DNA of 64,000 nucleotides from an uncultured Oscillospiraceae bacterium. Its GTDB lineage: Bacteria > Bacillota > Clostridia > Oscillospirales > Ruminococcaceae. The position numbers and the translations under genes were made by a program. Positions 43,880 through 52,042 of the stretch are shown one piece after another. The number at the start of each line of letters is the position of its first letter. The first letter of the stretch is position 1. The notes beneath the pieces were generated by a model, which was not told the origin of the DNA, did no database searches, and saw only the letters and a program-made list of their open reading frames with translations. The stretch covers positions 982-64,981 of the forward strand of contig CAYJJR010000001.1 of assembly GCA_964370565.1 (NCBI GenBank), given 5' to 3'.

Positions 43880-43985
43880 CCTTTGCAAAAAAACCTGTAG
43901 AAAAACTTCGGTTTATTATGCTATAATATAACCATAGCGCAACTAATTTCTACCATGAAAAACCACCGAAAAGGAGACCTTGAAC

Positions 43986-45872
43986 ATGAAAGGATATATG
44001 AACAAGATAGCTCTTGTGGATCTTTCGACACAGCTTGTTTCCGACTACTTTGTTTCGGACAAAGACCGAAAACTCTTTTTGGGCGGCAAAAGCCTTGCGG
44101 CAAAGATTATATACGACAATATTGTGGACAAGATAGACCCGTTTTCGGCGGAAAACCTTGTCGTTATAACAACCTCTCCGTTGACAGGGTCGACCGCGCC
44201 TTGTTCCTCGCGTTTTAATGTCTCGACAATATCTCCGTTAACCGGGCTTTTGACGTCAAGTAACTGTGGCGGAAATTTCGGCATATTTCTTAAAAAGGCG
44301 GGTTTTGACGGACTTGTTATAAAAGGCAAAGCGCAAAGCCCTGTTTTGCTTGAGGTTACAAACGACACAATAGTTTTTAAAGATGCCGCGAACCTTTGGG
44401 GCAAAAAGACGGGCGAAACGGAACAACTTATAGGTGGGAAAAATAATGGGAAGTTTGTTATAGGCCCTGCGGGGGAAAACCTTGTGCTGTATGCCGGCGT
44501 TTTTTCCAACGAACGTGCCGCCGGAAGGGGCGGTGTCGGCGCGGTTTTCGGAAGCAAAAACCTTAAAGGACTTGTTGCCGAGGGAACAAATTCCGTTGCT
44601 TTTCATGATAAAGAAAAGTTTAAAAAATTAAATAAAAAATGGATTTCAATACTTAAAAAACATCCGTTGACGGGTGGACAGCTTCCGACTTATGGAACGG
44701 CGGGGCTTGTTACCCCGATGAATTTCAGAAATCTTCTTGCGACGAAAAACTATAAATACGGAAGCTATGACAAGTTCGAGGACATAAGCGGCGAGACGCT
44801 GACCGAAAAACATCTTGTCAAAAACAAAGGTTGTATGTCGTGTCCAATCCATTGCGCGCGGGTTGTCACGGTTCACGGCAAACAGGTTAAAGGTCCCGAA
44901 GTTGAGACAATTACCCTTTTTGGAAGCAACATGTTAAACAACAACATGAAAGCAATTTTGCACATAAACCACCTTGCGGACGAATACGGGCTTGATACGA
45001 TAAGTATGGGGTCGACAATTGCATTTGCAATGGAGCTTAACGAAAAAGGTTTGTGGAACTCGGGGTTGAACTTTGGCGACATGACAAACATAGAAAGAAC
45101 TATCGAAAACATAGCCTATCGTAAAGGGATAGGCGACCTTTTGGCGGACGGAACAAAACGTCTTGCGGACAAGTTTGGCGGCAAGGAATACGCGATTAAC
45201 GTCAAGGGTATGGAACTTGCGGCGTATGAACCGCGCGGAGCACAGGGAATGGGTTTAAGCTATGCGACGGCAAACAGGGGCGGTTGCCACCTCAACGGCG
45301 GTTACATGGTCGTGCTCGAGGGGTTGGGGCTTGATCTCTCGGGTAAAACCACCAAAGGCAAGGCGGCATTCTCGATATTTTTTCAAGACCTTATGGAGGC
45401 GGTGTCGTCGGGGGGAAGTTGCCTTTTCACGACATATGCCGTGCTTCCGGGATATTTGATTTCAAACCCAAACGCGTTTATCTCGAAAACAGTAAACAAA
45501 ATTGCGCCGTTTTTTGGCGGAGTGATAGCGCTTGCGCACAAATTTCCGTGGATATTATCGCTTAACATACCGGCTATGATCCCACATTCGGTTATGATTA
45601 ACCACCTAACCGGAATGAAGTTAACAATCGGTTCGCTTAAAAAAACAGGCGAGAGAGGGTATAACCTCGAGAGGATTATAAATTTAAGGCTTGGAATGAC
45701 GGGGGAACAGGACACGTTGCCAAAACGTTTGATTAAAGATCTTCAAAGACAGGACGATAAAACAAGCGTTGTAAAACTTTCCGAAATGCTGCCGCAATAC
45801 TACGCCATAAGAGGTTGGGACAAAAACGGAGTTCCAACACAAAAGACTCTTAAAAAGTTGGGGTTAGAATGA
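43986..45872 (+). CDS. aor: Aldehyde:ferredoxin oxidoreductase (tungsten/molybdopterin AOR family)
   Basis: About 628 aa. It has the N-terminal MKGYMNKIALVDLS...GG..LAAKI pattern, the [4Fe-4S] Cys motif region KGCMSCPIHCAR and AOR-family length. ATG 43986 lies 8 nt after AGGAGA. Confidence 0.88.
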   Translation: MKGYMNKIALVDLSTQLVSDYFVSDKDRKLFLGGKSLAAKIIYDNIVDKIDPFSAENLVVITTSPLTGSTAPCSSRFNVSTISPLTGLLTSSNCGGNFGIFLKKAGFDGLVIKGKAQSPVLLEVTNDTIVFKDAANLWGKKTGETEQLIGGKNNGKFVIGPAGENLVLYAGVFSNERAAGRGGVGAVFGSKNLKGLVAEGTNSVAFHDKEKFKKLNKKWISILKKHPLTGGQLPTYGTAGLVTPMNFRNLLATKNYKYGSYDKFEDISGETLTEKHLVKNKGCMSCPIHCARVVTVHGKQVKGPEVETITLFGSNMLNNNMKAILHINHLADEYGLDTISMGSTIAFAMELNEKGLWNSGLNFGDMTNIERTIENIAYRKGIGDLLADGTKRLADKFGGKEYAINVKGMELAAYEPRGAQGMGLSYATANRGGCHLNGGYMVVLEGLGLDLSGKTTKGKAAFSIFFQDLMEAVSSGGSCLFTTYAVLPGYLISNPNAFISKTVNKIAPFFGGVIALAHKFPWILSLNIPAMIPHSVMINHLTGMKLTIGSLKKTGERGYNLERIINLRLGMTGEQDTLPKRLIKDLQRQDDKTSVVKLSEMLPQYYAIRGWDKNGVPTQKTLKKLGLE

Positions 45873-46117
45873 TTAATGTTAAGTTCTACGGTTTGATAAG
45901 AGAACAGCTTAAAATTAAAGAGATGCAAAGCGAAGCGGTTAACCTTAACGAACTGTTTTTAGAGATATCGGAAAAAACAGGTTTAATGACGCCGAAAGAG
46001 CTTAAAAAATCCATAATATTTATAGACAAAAAACCACTCTCGGAATTTGGGGGATTTAGGACAAAGCTTAATCAAGACTGTGAAATAGCGTTGTTGTCCC
46101 CTGCGAGCGGAGGGTGA
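45869..46117 (+). CDS. MoaD/ThiS family sulfur-carrier-like protein
   Basis: 82 aa ending in ...LLSPASGG*, the C-terminal Gly-Gly typical of the family. Its start overlaps the aor stop. Confidence 0.75.
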   Translation: MINVKFYGLIREQLKIKEMQSEAVNLNELFLEISEKTGLMTPKELKKSIIFIDKKPLSEFGGFRTKLNQDCEIALLSPASGG

Positions 46118-46201
46118 ATTGAATTAGGAATGAAGGTGTCGGCAAGGCCGACAAATTTCAATAGTTTCCACCTGTAATATATATTTGGAGGAATATAATA
46201 A

Positions 46202-47410
46202 ATGAATACATTAACAAAATGCTACGCGAGAACGTTTCAATTTGTGTTAAAAATTGGTGCGTATTTTCTTCCGTGGCGTGTGCCACAAATTTTTTCGGGA
46301 GAAACTTGCGTCGGGGAATTTGTCGATAAGATAGAAAACCTCGGGCATAAAAATCTTTTGCTTGTTAGCGACCAAACGATTACAAAACTTGGGCTATACA
46401 ACGAAATTGTTGAAAAACTAAGAAATAAAAATATAACTGTTTTTATATATGACAAAACCGTTCCAAATCCCACCGTTAAAAATGTTGAGGATGCGCTTTT
46501 GATATATAAAGATAACGGTTGTAGCGGTATCATTGGATTTGGTGGTGGCAGTTCAATAGACTGTGCAAAGATTGTTGGCGCAAGGGTGGCGCGGCCTTCA
46601 AAAACAATCGTGCAGATGAAAGGACTTTTTAAAGTGCTTAAACGTCTTCCCGACCTTTTTGCTGTCCCGACAACGGCGGGAACCGGAAGCGAAACCACCG
46701 TTGCGGCGGTAGTTGTGGACGATGAAACACGCAACAAATTCGCGATTAACGATATACCTATAATTCCGCGGTATGCACTGTTAGATCCTAAGATAACGGT
46801 AGGGCTGCCGAAAATCATTACCGCAACGACGGGTATGGACGCCCTCACCCACGCCGTAGAAGCGTATATAGGCAACAGCAACACCGCAAAAACCGAACAA
46901 TATGCAGTTGATGCGACAAAACTTATCTTTGAGAACCTTAAAACAGCATTCGATACACCTAATAATCTAAATGCAAGAAAAAACATGTTGACAGCTTCTT
47001 TTTACGGTGGAGCGGCATTCACTAGGGGGTATGTCGGAAACATTCATGCAGTGTCACATGCGTTAAGTGGAAAATACGGAACTCCGCATGGGCTTGCAAA
47101 CGCCGTTGCCCTTCCCGTTGTGCTTGAATATTATGGGGAAGCGGTATATAAAAAACTTGCAAGCTTGTCCGATAGAGCAGGTCTTTGTGACATGACGTTA
47201 AGCGACAAACAAAAGGCAGAAAAATTTATATTAGATATAAAAGAGATGAACAGTTATTTCGGAATTCCGACAAAGATAGAAGATTTAAAGAGTGAAGATA
47301 TTCCGGCGCTTGTCGAGCATGCATATAAAGAAGCCGTTCCGCTTTATCCTGTGCCAAAACTTTTAGACCGAAATGATGTTGAAAAAATATATAAATTATT
47401 ATCAAATTGA
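46202..47410 (+). CDS. Iron-containing (group III) alcohol dehydrogenase
   Basis: 402 aa with GFGGGSSIDCAK and the His-rich metal motifs (DALTHAVEAY, HAVSHAL...HG.ANA). Confidence 0.88.
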   Translation: MNTLTKCYARTFQFVLKIGAYFLPWRVPQIFSGETCVGEFVDKIENLGHKNLLLVSDQTITKLGLYNEIVEKLRNKNITVFIYDKTVPNPTVKNVEDALLIYKDNGCSGIIGFGGGSSIDCAKIVGARVARPSKTIVQMKGLFKVLKRLPDLFAVPTTAGTGSETTVAAVVVDDETRNKFAINDIPIIPRYALLDPKITVGLPKIITATTGMDALTHAVEAYIGNSNTAKTEQYAVDATKLIFENLKTAFDTPNNLNARKNMLTASFYGGAAFTRGYVGNIHAVSHALSGKYGTPHGLANAVALPVVLEYYGEAVYKKLASLSDRAGLCDMTLSDKQKAEKFILDIKEMNSYFGIPTKIEDLKSEDIPALVEHAYKEAVPLYPVPKLLDRNDVEKIYKLLSN

Positions 47411-47439
47411 AAACTAATAAATATTTCGACGTTATATTA

Positions 47440-47469
47440 TTGACTTTTTAGCATAAAACAAGGTACAAT
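47440..47469 (+). promoter_or_regulatory. Candidate promoter of the DUF1292 gene
   Basis: TTGACT (47440-47445), an 18-nt spacer, then TACAAT (47464-47469). Confidence 0.4.
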
Positions 47470-47503
47470 ATATTTAACGAAAATAAAGAACAGGATAGAT
47501 GAT

Positions 47504-47839
47504 ATGAATAAAGAAATAGAGAACACAAACGACGAAGCAATGGAAGAGGATATGCAAGCCGATTTAATAGTGTTAACCGACGAAGAGGGAAACGAACATC
47601 AATTTGAACTTGTCGATACCATCGAACATGGCGGCGAAACTTATGTGGCGTTGTTTGCTGACCTTCCTCCTGAAGAGATGTTGGAAGACGACGGAAACCT
47701 TGTAATAATGAAGATTGTTGCGGAAGAAGGCGGCGAGGAAATTCTTGAACTTATTGAAGACGACGAAGAGTTTGAAGAGATAAGCGAGATATTTATGGAA
47801 CGTCTTTCGGATTTATTTGAATTTGATGACGAAGAATAA
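47504..47839 (+). CDS. DUF1292 family acidic protein
   Basis: 111 aa and highly acidic. The core LTDEEGNEHQFELVDTIEHGGETYVAL matches the DUF1292 pattern. Confidence 0.75.
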   Translation: MNKEIENTNDEAMEEDMQADLIVLTDEEGNEHQFELVDTIEHGGETYVALFADLPPEEMLEDDGNLVIMKIVAEEGGEEILELIEDDEEFEEISEIFMERLSDLFEFDDEE

Positions 47840-47867
47840 AAAAACATAAAAAGCATAAAATGATAAT

Positions 47868-48055
47868 AGCCCTGCTTTGTTCGATATGTTGCAACTATTT
47901 TTAATCCTACAAGATTAGAATAGGGAGTATTTCTCCATTGGTGGACTGCAGACCTCCCCACGGGAAGAAGGGAGCGAGAAACCACTGGGAAAGCGTACCC
48001 ACCGTCATTGAAGGACGGGTTCTAAACCGGTTGCAGACGGCAAAGCGGGGATATT
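47868..48055 (+). ncRNA. ssrS: Probable 6S RNA (ends approximate)
   Basis: A GC-rich island without a credible ORF sits in an AT-rich spacer. A 10-bp closing stem, ccctgctttg (47870-47879) with caaagcgggg (48041-48050), encloses about 180 nt. TGATAAT, a -10-like element, lies at 47861-47867. Internal small hairpins are present. From memory, the B. subtilis 6S-1 gene bsrA lies next to yrvM (=tcdA), and tcdA is the next gene here. Confidence 0.5.
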
Positions 48056-48077
48056 TGTTTTTTTATAAAATGATTAA

Positions 48078-48122
48078 CCCTCGGTTTTGTGTTATTGACA
48101 AAATTGAGGGCGTTTATTTTTA
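48078..48122 (+). terminator. Intrinsic terminator downstream of the putative 6S RNA
   Basis: ccctcggtttt (48078-48088) pairs with aaaattgaggg (48100-48110) in 11 bp including two G-U pairs, followed by cgtttattttta. Confidence 0.5.
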
Positions 48123-48212
48123 TATATTAAATTTTAATCGGTTTGCGTTTTGCTTTTGAAACAGTATTAATAAAACACACAATATATGTAAATTTAAAGG
48201 ACACTGTAATTA

Positions 48213-48914
48213 ATGGAAGGTAGATGGCTTGCGCGCGAGAAAATTTTAATCGGAGAAGATGCAATTAGATTGCTTGAAAATTCCGTTGTTGCGATTATTG
48301 GGCTTGGCGGTGTTGGAGGGGCGGCGGCAGAGGCGGTTACAAGAGCCGGAGTCGGACATGTTGTTGCGGTTGATTATGACACCGTCGATATAACAAACCT
48401 TAACCGCCAGATAATGACGACGATTAACGATGTCGGAAAGGTTAAAACCGAAGTGGTAAAAACGAGGCTTTTATCAATAAACCCGGATGTTCAAGTGACA
48501 GATCTTAATATAAAAATTGATGCACAAACTATCGATAAACTATTTGATTGTAAGCCTGATTTTATAATTGATGCTATAGACATGGTGTCGTCAAAACTTT
48601 TGCTTATTGAACAAGCGAAAAAGAAAAACGTTCCAATCATAAGTTCAATGGGAACGGGCAACAGGTTGTCGCCGTTGGATTTTAAAATCGGAACTATTGC
48701 GCAAACGTCGGGATGTGGGTGTAAACTTGCCCGAGTTATGCGATTGGAGCTTAAAAAGCGAAATATCTTTGACACGCCGGTGGTGTATTCTTCTGCTAAA
48801 GTTTTGGACAAAAAAGAGGATACAACAACCATTGGTTCTGTTTCGTTTGTTCCTCCGGTTGCGGGTTATATTCTTGCGAGTTATGTAATAAACTGTTTGA
48901 TTTCAACAAAATGA
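48213..48914 (+). CDS. tcdA: ThiF/E1-like family protein, most likely tRNA threonylcarbamoyladenosine dehydratase
   Basis: 233 aa with the Rossmann motif VVAIIGLGGVGGAAAEAVTRAGVG..V.VDYDTVDITNLNRQ. The short single-domain length fits the TcdA/YrvM type rather than MoeB/ThiF. Confidence 0.7.
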   Translation: MEGRWLAREKILIGEDAIRLLENSVVAIIGLGGVGGAAAEAVTRAGVGHVVAVDYDTVDITNLNRQIMTTINDVGKVKTEVVKTRLLSINPDVQVTDLNIKIDAQTIDKLFDCKPDFIIDAIDMVSSKLLLIEQAKKKNVPIISSMGTGNRLSPLDFKIGTIAQTSGCGCKLARVMRLELKKRNIFDTPVVYSSAKVLDKKEDTTTIGSVSFVPPVAGYILASYVINCLISTK

Positions 48915-49257
48915 TATCTTATTAAAAATAATTAATATATAAAAAATTATGATTGTGTAACCTAAATGTAATATTTATCGCTGTTAGGATATTTGATTTA
49001 TTAATAAGTTCATGCTAAAATTTAAAGTGAATAGGTTTTTTGCAACTATGCCGATTTGAATGTAGATTAATAAAGATATATCGGTTTGTATAAAATAGAT
49101 TTTTGATTAAATGTCAAGAGCGTTTTGCAAAATTATGTAAGCAACAAAACTTGTGGTGATTATTGTGTTTTAGGGTGAAAAAAATGTTTTGAATTTGTCG
49201 TTTTATCTTTGTAAGGCAATAAACACAAAATCAAAAAGAGAAAGGATTTTTAGTTAA

Positions 49258-50355
49258 ATGAAAAAACTATTTGCAATTTTAATGGTTATCATGTTGTTGT
49301 CGGGGGTGGTTATAGGTTGCGCGCCGGAAGTTCCCGTCGAAACAGAAGTTATACAAGAAACGTCGATTAACGCCGGGGTATTCTATTATAGTTATGATGA
49401 CGCATATATTGCCTCTGTCAGAGAAAGTCTTGATGAAAAACTCGAAACGGCGGGTATCGGATTTACAAACTATGACGGAACTACCAACCAAAAAACGCAA
49501 ACAGAACAGATAGAAACAGCGATTATAAACGGCGCAAATCTTCTTATCGTTAATCTTGTTGAAAATTCATCGGTGGATACAGCACAAAATATTGTTAACT
49601 TGGCTAAAGATAACGAGATTCCAATTGTCTTTTTTAATCGGGAAATATCTTCCGACGTTGTAAACAGCTATGATATGTGCGCTTTTGTCGGAACAAACAC
49701 ACAAGAAGCCGGACAGATGCAAGGTGATCTTATTGGCGATTATTTGATTGAAAACTATGACGCGACAGACCTTAATGGCGATGGAACTATATCGTATGTT
49801 TTGTTTAAAGGTCAAGAAGGAAACCCAGAAGCCGATTTGCGAACAAAATTCAGTGTGCAAAATGCGAACGAAAAACTAGAAGCGGCGGATAAACCCTCTC
49901 TTGAGTTCTTTGAACAAGGAAGTACAGAAAAGTACTATGTCGACCAAAACGGAGCTTGGTCGGCGCAGGCCGCAACCAACTATATGAGCACTTTTTTAAT
50001 TCAATATTCACAAGAAAACGGAAACATGATTGAACTTGTTATATCAAACAATGATGATATGGCAAAGGGCGCTATTGATGCACTTAACGAGGTTGGCTAC
50101 AATACAGGCGAACAAGATTCTGTAACAATCCCTGTTTTCGGAGTAGACGCGACCGAAGCGGCCCAACAACTTATTGCACAAGGTAAAATGGTTGGGACGA
50201 TAAAACAAGACGCCGTAGCTATGGCAGAATCGGTTGCAACATTTGCGAGAAATTTAAATGACGGCGAGGATTTTAAAGCAAACTTACATGATTTAAATGT
50301 AGACGAAAACGTAACAAAGGTTCGTGTTCCGTATAGTGTGTATACAGGAAATTAA
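49258..50355 (+). CDS. Sugar (galactose/glucose, MglB-like) ABC transporter substrate-binding lipoprotein
   Basis: 365 aa with the lipobox LLSGVVIGC and a periplasmic-binding-protein type I pattern. No permease or ATPase gene is adjacent. Confidence 0.75.
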   Translation: MKKLFAILMVIMLLSGVVIGCAPEVPVETEVIQETSINAGVFYYSYDDAYIASVRESLDEKLETAGIGFTNYDGTTNQKTQTEQIETAIINGANLLIVNLVENSSVDTAQNIVNLAKDNEIPIVFFNREISSDVVNSYDMCAFVGTNTQEAGQMQGDLIGDYLIENYDATDLNGDGTISYVLFKGQEGNPEADLRTKFSVQNANEKLEAADKPSLEFFEQGSTEKYYVDQNGAWSAQAATNYMSTFLIQYSQENGNMIELVISNNDDMAKGAIDALNEVGYNTGEQDSVTIPVFGVDATEAAQQLIAQGKMVGTIKQDAVAMAESVATFARNLNDGEDFKANLHDLNVDENVTKVRVPYSVYTGN

Positions 50356-50380
50356 AGGGTCAATATTTAACCGGAAAAGC

Positions 50381-50411
50381 ATGGGCAAACAAGTTGTTTG
50401 CCCATTTTTTT
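50381..50411 (+). terminator. Rho-independent terminator of the binding-protein gene
   Basis: atgggcaaac-aagtt-gtttgcccat followed by a T7 run. Confidence 0.85.
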
Positions 50412-50656
50412 GCGCCGAATAGGCATGACAAAACCCCCGGTTGAACCGAGGGTCGATAAAAAACCTTATAGAAGAAAAAACCTTTGATGTTAAAATAAAA
50501 ATGGACTGGCAACCATAATAAAAGAACAAAGGAGGATTTGTCTATGAAAGACATAAATAGTTTATCATATTTACAATTGCGATGCAAATATCGCATAGTG
50601 TCCAGACCGGTGTACGAGTAGTTCAATGATACTTGAGCCTTAGTATTTCTTTGAAC

Positions 50657-51880
50657 CTATGATGCTTGAAGCGTAACCGGAACAACCATCATTTTGTTGT
50701 CACGGATAATCTGGATTTCGACGATGTCGCCGGGCGTTTTTGTTGCAAGATATGATGTCAAGTCAACGATGTATTCGATTACGTTTCCGTCTATGCTCAC
50801 AACGTAATCGCCGATTTCGAGGCCGGCTTTTTCGGCGGCAGAGCCGTTTTCTATTACATAGAGATAGACGCCGTATTTTGTTACGTCGTATTGATAGGCG
50901 GTTTCGTCGTCCCAAATTTCAATGACTTGAACGCCAAGCACAGCTTTGTTTGTGCTGGTGCCGTTTTCGAGGATATCTTGTGCGAGTTCTCTTGCGTGGT
51001 TAATCGGTATTGCAAAACCTATGCCCTCGATAGCATATCCGCCGGATTTTGCGGTCACTATTGCGATAAGTTCGCCGTTCATGTTAAATAGCCCTCCGCC
51101 CGAGTTGCCAAGGTTTACGGCGGCTGTGGTTTGTATCAGAGTGAATTGTTGGTTGTCGATAGCAACCTCTCTCGCAAGACCGCTTATTATTCCTTCAGAA
51201 ACCGAGCCGCCAAACTCTCCGAGAGAGTTTCCGACAGCAATAACGTCTTCGCCAACAACCAACGTGTCCGAGTCTCCGTAGACTGCGGGGGAAAGCCCTG
51301 TTTCGTCTATCTTTATAACAGCGATGTCGTTAGCTTCGTCGCCACCGATTAATTCGGCCGAGTATTCGGTTCCGTCATAGAGCTTAACAATAAGGTCGCT
51401 TCCGCCACCTGCGACATGCATGTTTGTTATTATATATCCGTCTTCGCTTATTATAACGCCGCTACCCGCGCCAACCGGCACAGTTTGGTTGAAAAATCCT
51501 CCCGTTACAGATTGTTCGATAGAAATTTCCACAACGCTAGGTGACGTAATCTGTGACACTTCGGCTATCGTGCCTTTTGAAGAAAGCGAGACGGGGGATT
51601 GTTGATCTGCCGTTTCGTACAAGACGACGCTTGCGGAGTTTGAAAATATCGTGACAGCAAGAAAGGCGCCAATAAATCCGCTTAAAAGTGAAACAGAGAT
51701 AAAGCCGAATATAAGCCATCCTTTTTTTTGCCCTTTTTTCTTTCGCGCTTTGTAGGATAAATATTCCTGTTCATATGGAGTTAGGGGTGGGGAACTTTCG
51801 GCGGTATATTCGACAGAAGATGTCGAAACCGATTCGCTTGTGCTATCTAACTCGGTTTGATTATTGTTAATGTCATTCAT
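50657..51880 (-). CDS. htrA: HtrA/DegP family serine protease with PDZ domain
   Basis: 407 aa with an N-terminal membrane anchor, the catalytic triad contexts ITNMHVAGG, NDIAVIKID and GNSGGGLFN, and a C-terminal PDZ domain. Confidence 0.88.
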   Translation of the reverse strand: MNDINNNQTELDSTSESVSTSSVEYTAESSPPLTPYEQEYLSYKARKKKGQKKGWLIFGFISVSLLSGFIGAFLAVTIFSNSASVVLYETADQQSPVSLSSKGTIAEVSQITSPSVVEISIEQSVTGGFFNQTVPVGAGSGVIISEDGYIITNMHVAGGGSDLIVKLYDGTEYSAELIGGDEANDIAVIKIDETGLSPAVYGDSDTLVVGEDVIAVGNSLGEFGGSVSEGIISGLAREVAIDNQQFTLIQTTAAVNLGNSGGGLFNMNGELIAIVTAKSGGYAIEGIGFAIPINHARELAQDILENGTSTNKAVLGVQVIEIWDDETAYQYDVTKYGVYLYVIENGSAAEKAGLEIGDYVVSIDGNVIEYIVDLTSYLATKTPGDIVEIQIIRDNKMMVVPVTLQAS

Positions 51881-52042
51881 ATAATTAAAATCCTCCTAAA
51901 GATATTATATTCTGTTAATATGAATTGTATATGAAACTTTTTGCAAAAAAAACAACAAATTGATTGATTTCTATGTTGCTTTTATTCTATAATAACATTA
52001 ACTGAAAATTTTGCAAATAATTTTTTTGATGAGGGCGTTTAA

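Noticed and set aside
46237-46986. 249-aa minus-strand ORF inside the alcohol dehydrogenase gene, and similar long antisense ORFs in infB (25668-26204, 25892-26395), the giant gene (40610-41053, 40881-41339), aor (44045-44557), tsaD (34848-35312), pnp (31246-31749, 31781-32338), serA (11847-12314), nrnA/truB (28395-28826) and the ModE-like/NTPase genes (60388-60924)
   Set aside because: These are shadow ORFs opposite strongly supported genes. Their translations are low-complexity or Ser/Leu/Arg-biased, and they have no SD or family resemblance.
47920-48060. Riboswitch assignment (cobalamin-, ZTP-, Moco-, preQ1-like fragments such as GGGAA..., CCACTGGGAAAGC, GGGAGCGA, GGTTCTAAA)
   Set aside because: Only short partial resemblances exist, and none of the full consensus cores could be aligned. 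The downstream gene (tcdA) fits none of those regulons. The closing stem, the length and the yrvM/tcdA synteny fit 6S RNA better.
47938-48159. 73-aa plus-strand ORF in the DUF1292-tcdA spacer
   Set aside because: It has no SD, sits inside the GC-rich structured island and runs through a terminator hairpin. It is better explained as non-coding RNA.
48213-48914. Calling the ThiF-family gene the MoeB-type E1 for the nearby MoaD-like protein
   Set aside because: It is tempting given aor and the moaD-like gene 2 kb upstream. However, it is a short single-domain protein with a TcdA/YrvM-like N-terminus, has no rhodanese or Cys-x-x-Cys zinc motifs, and is separated from them by the adh gene, the DUF1292 gene and the putative 6S RNA. 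I keep it as tcdA with moderate confidence.
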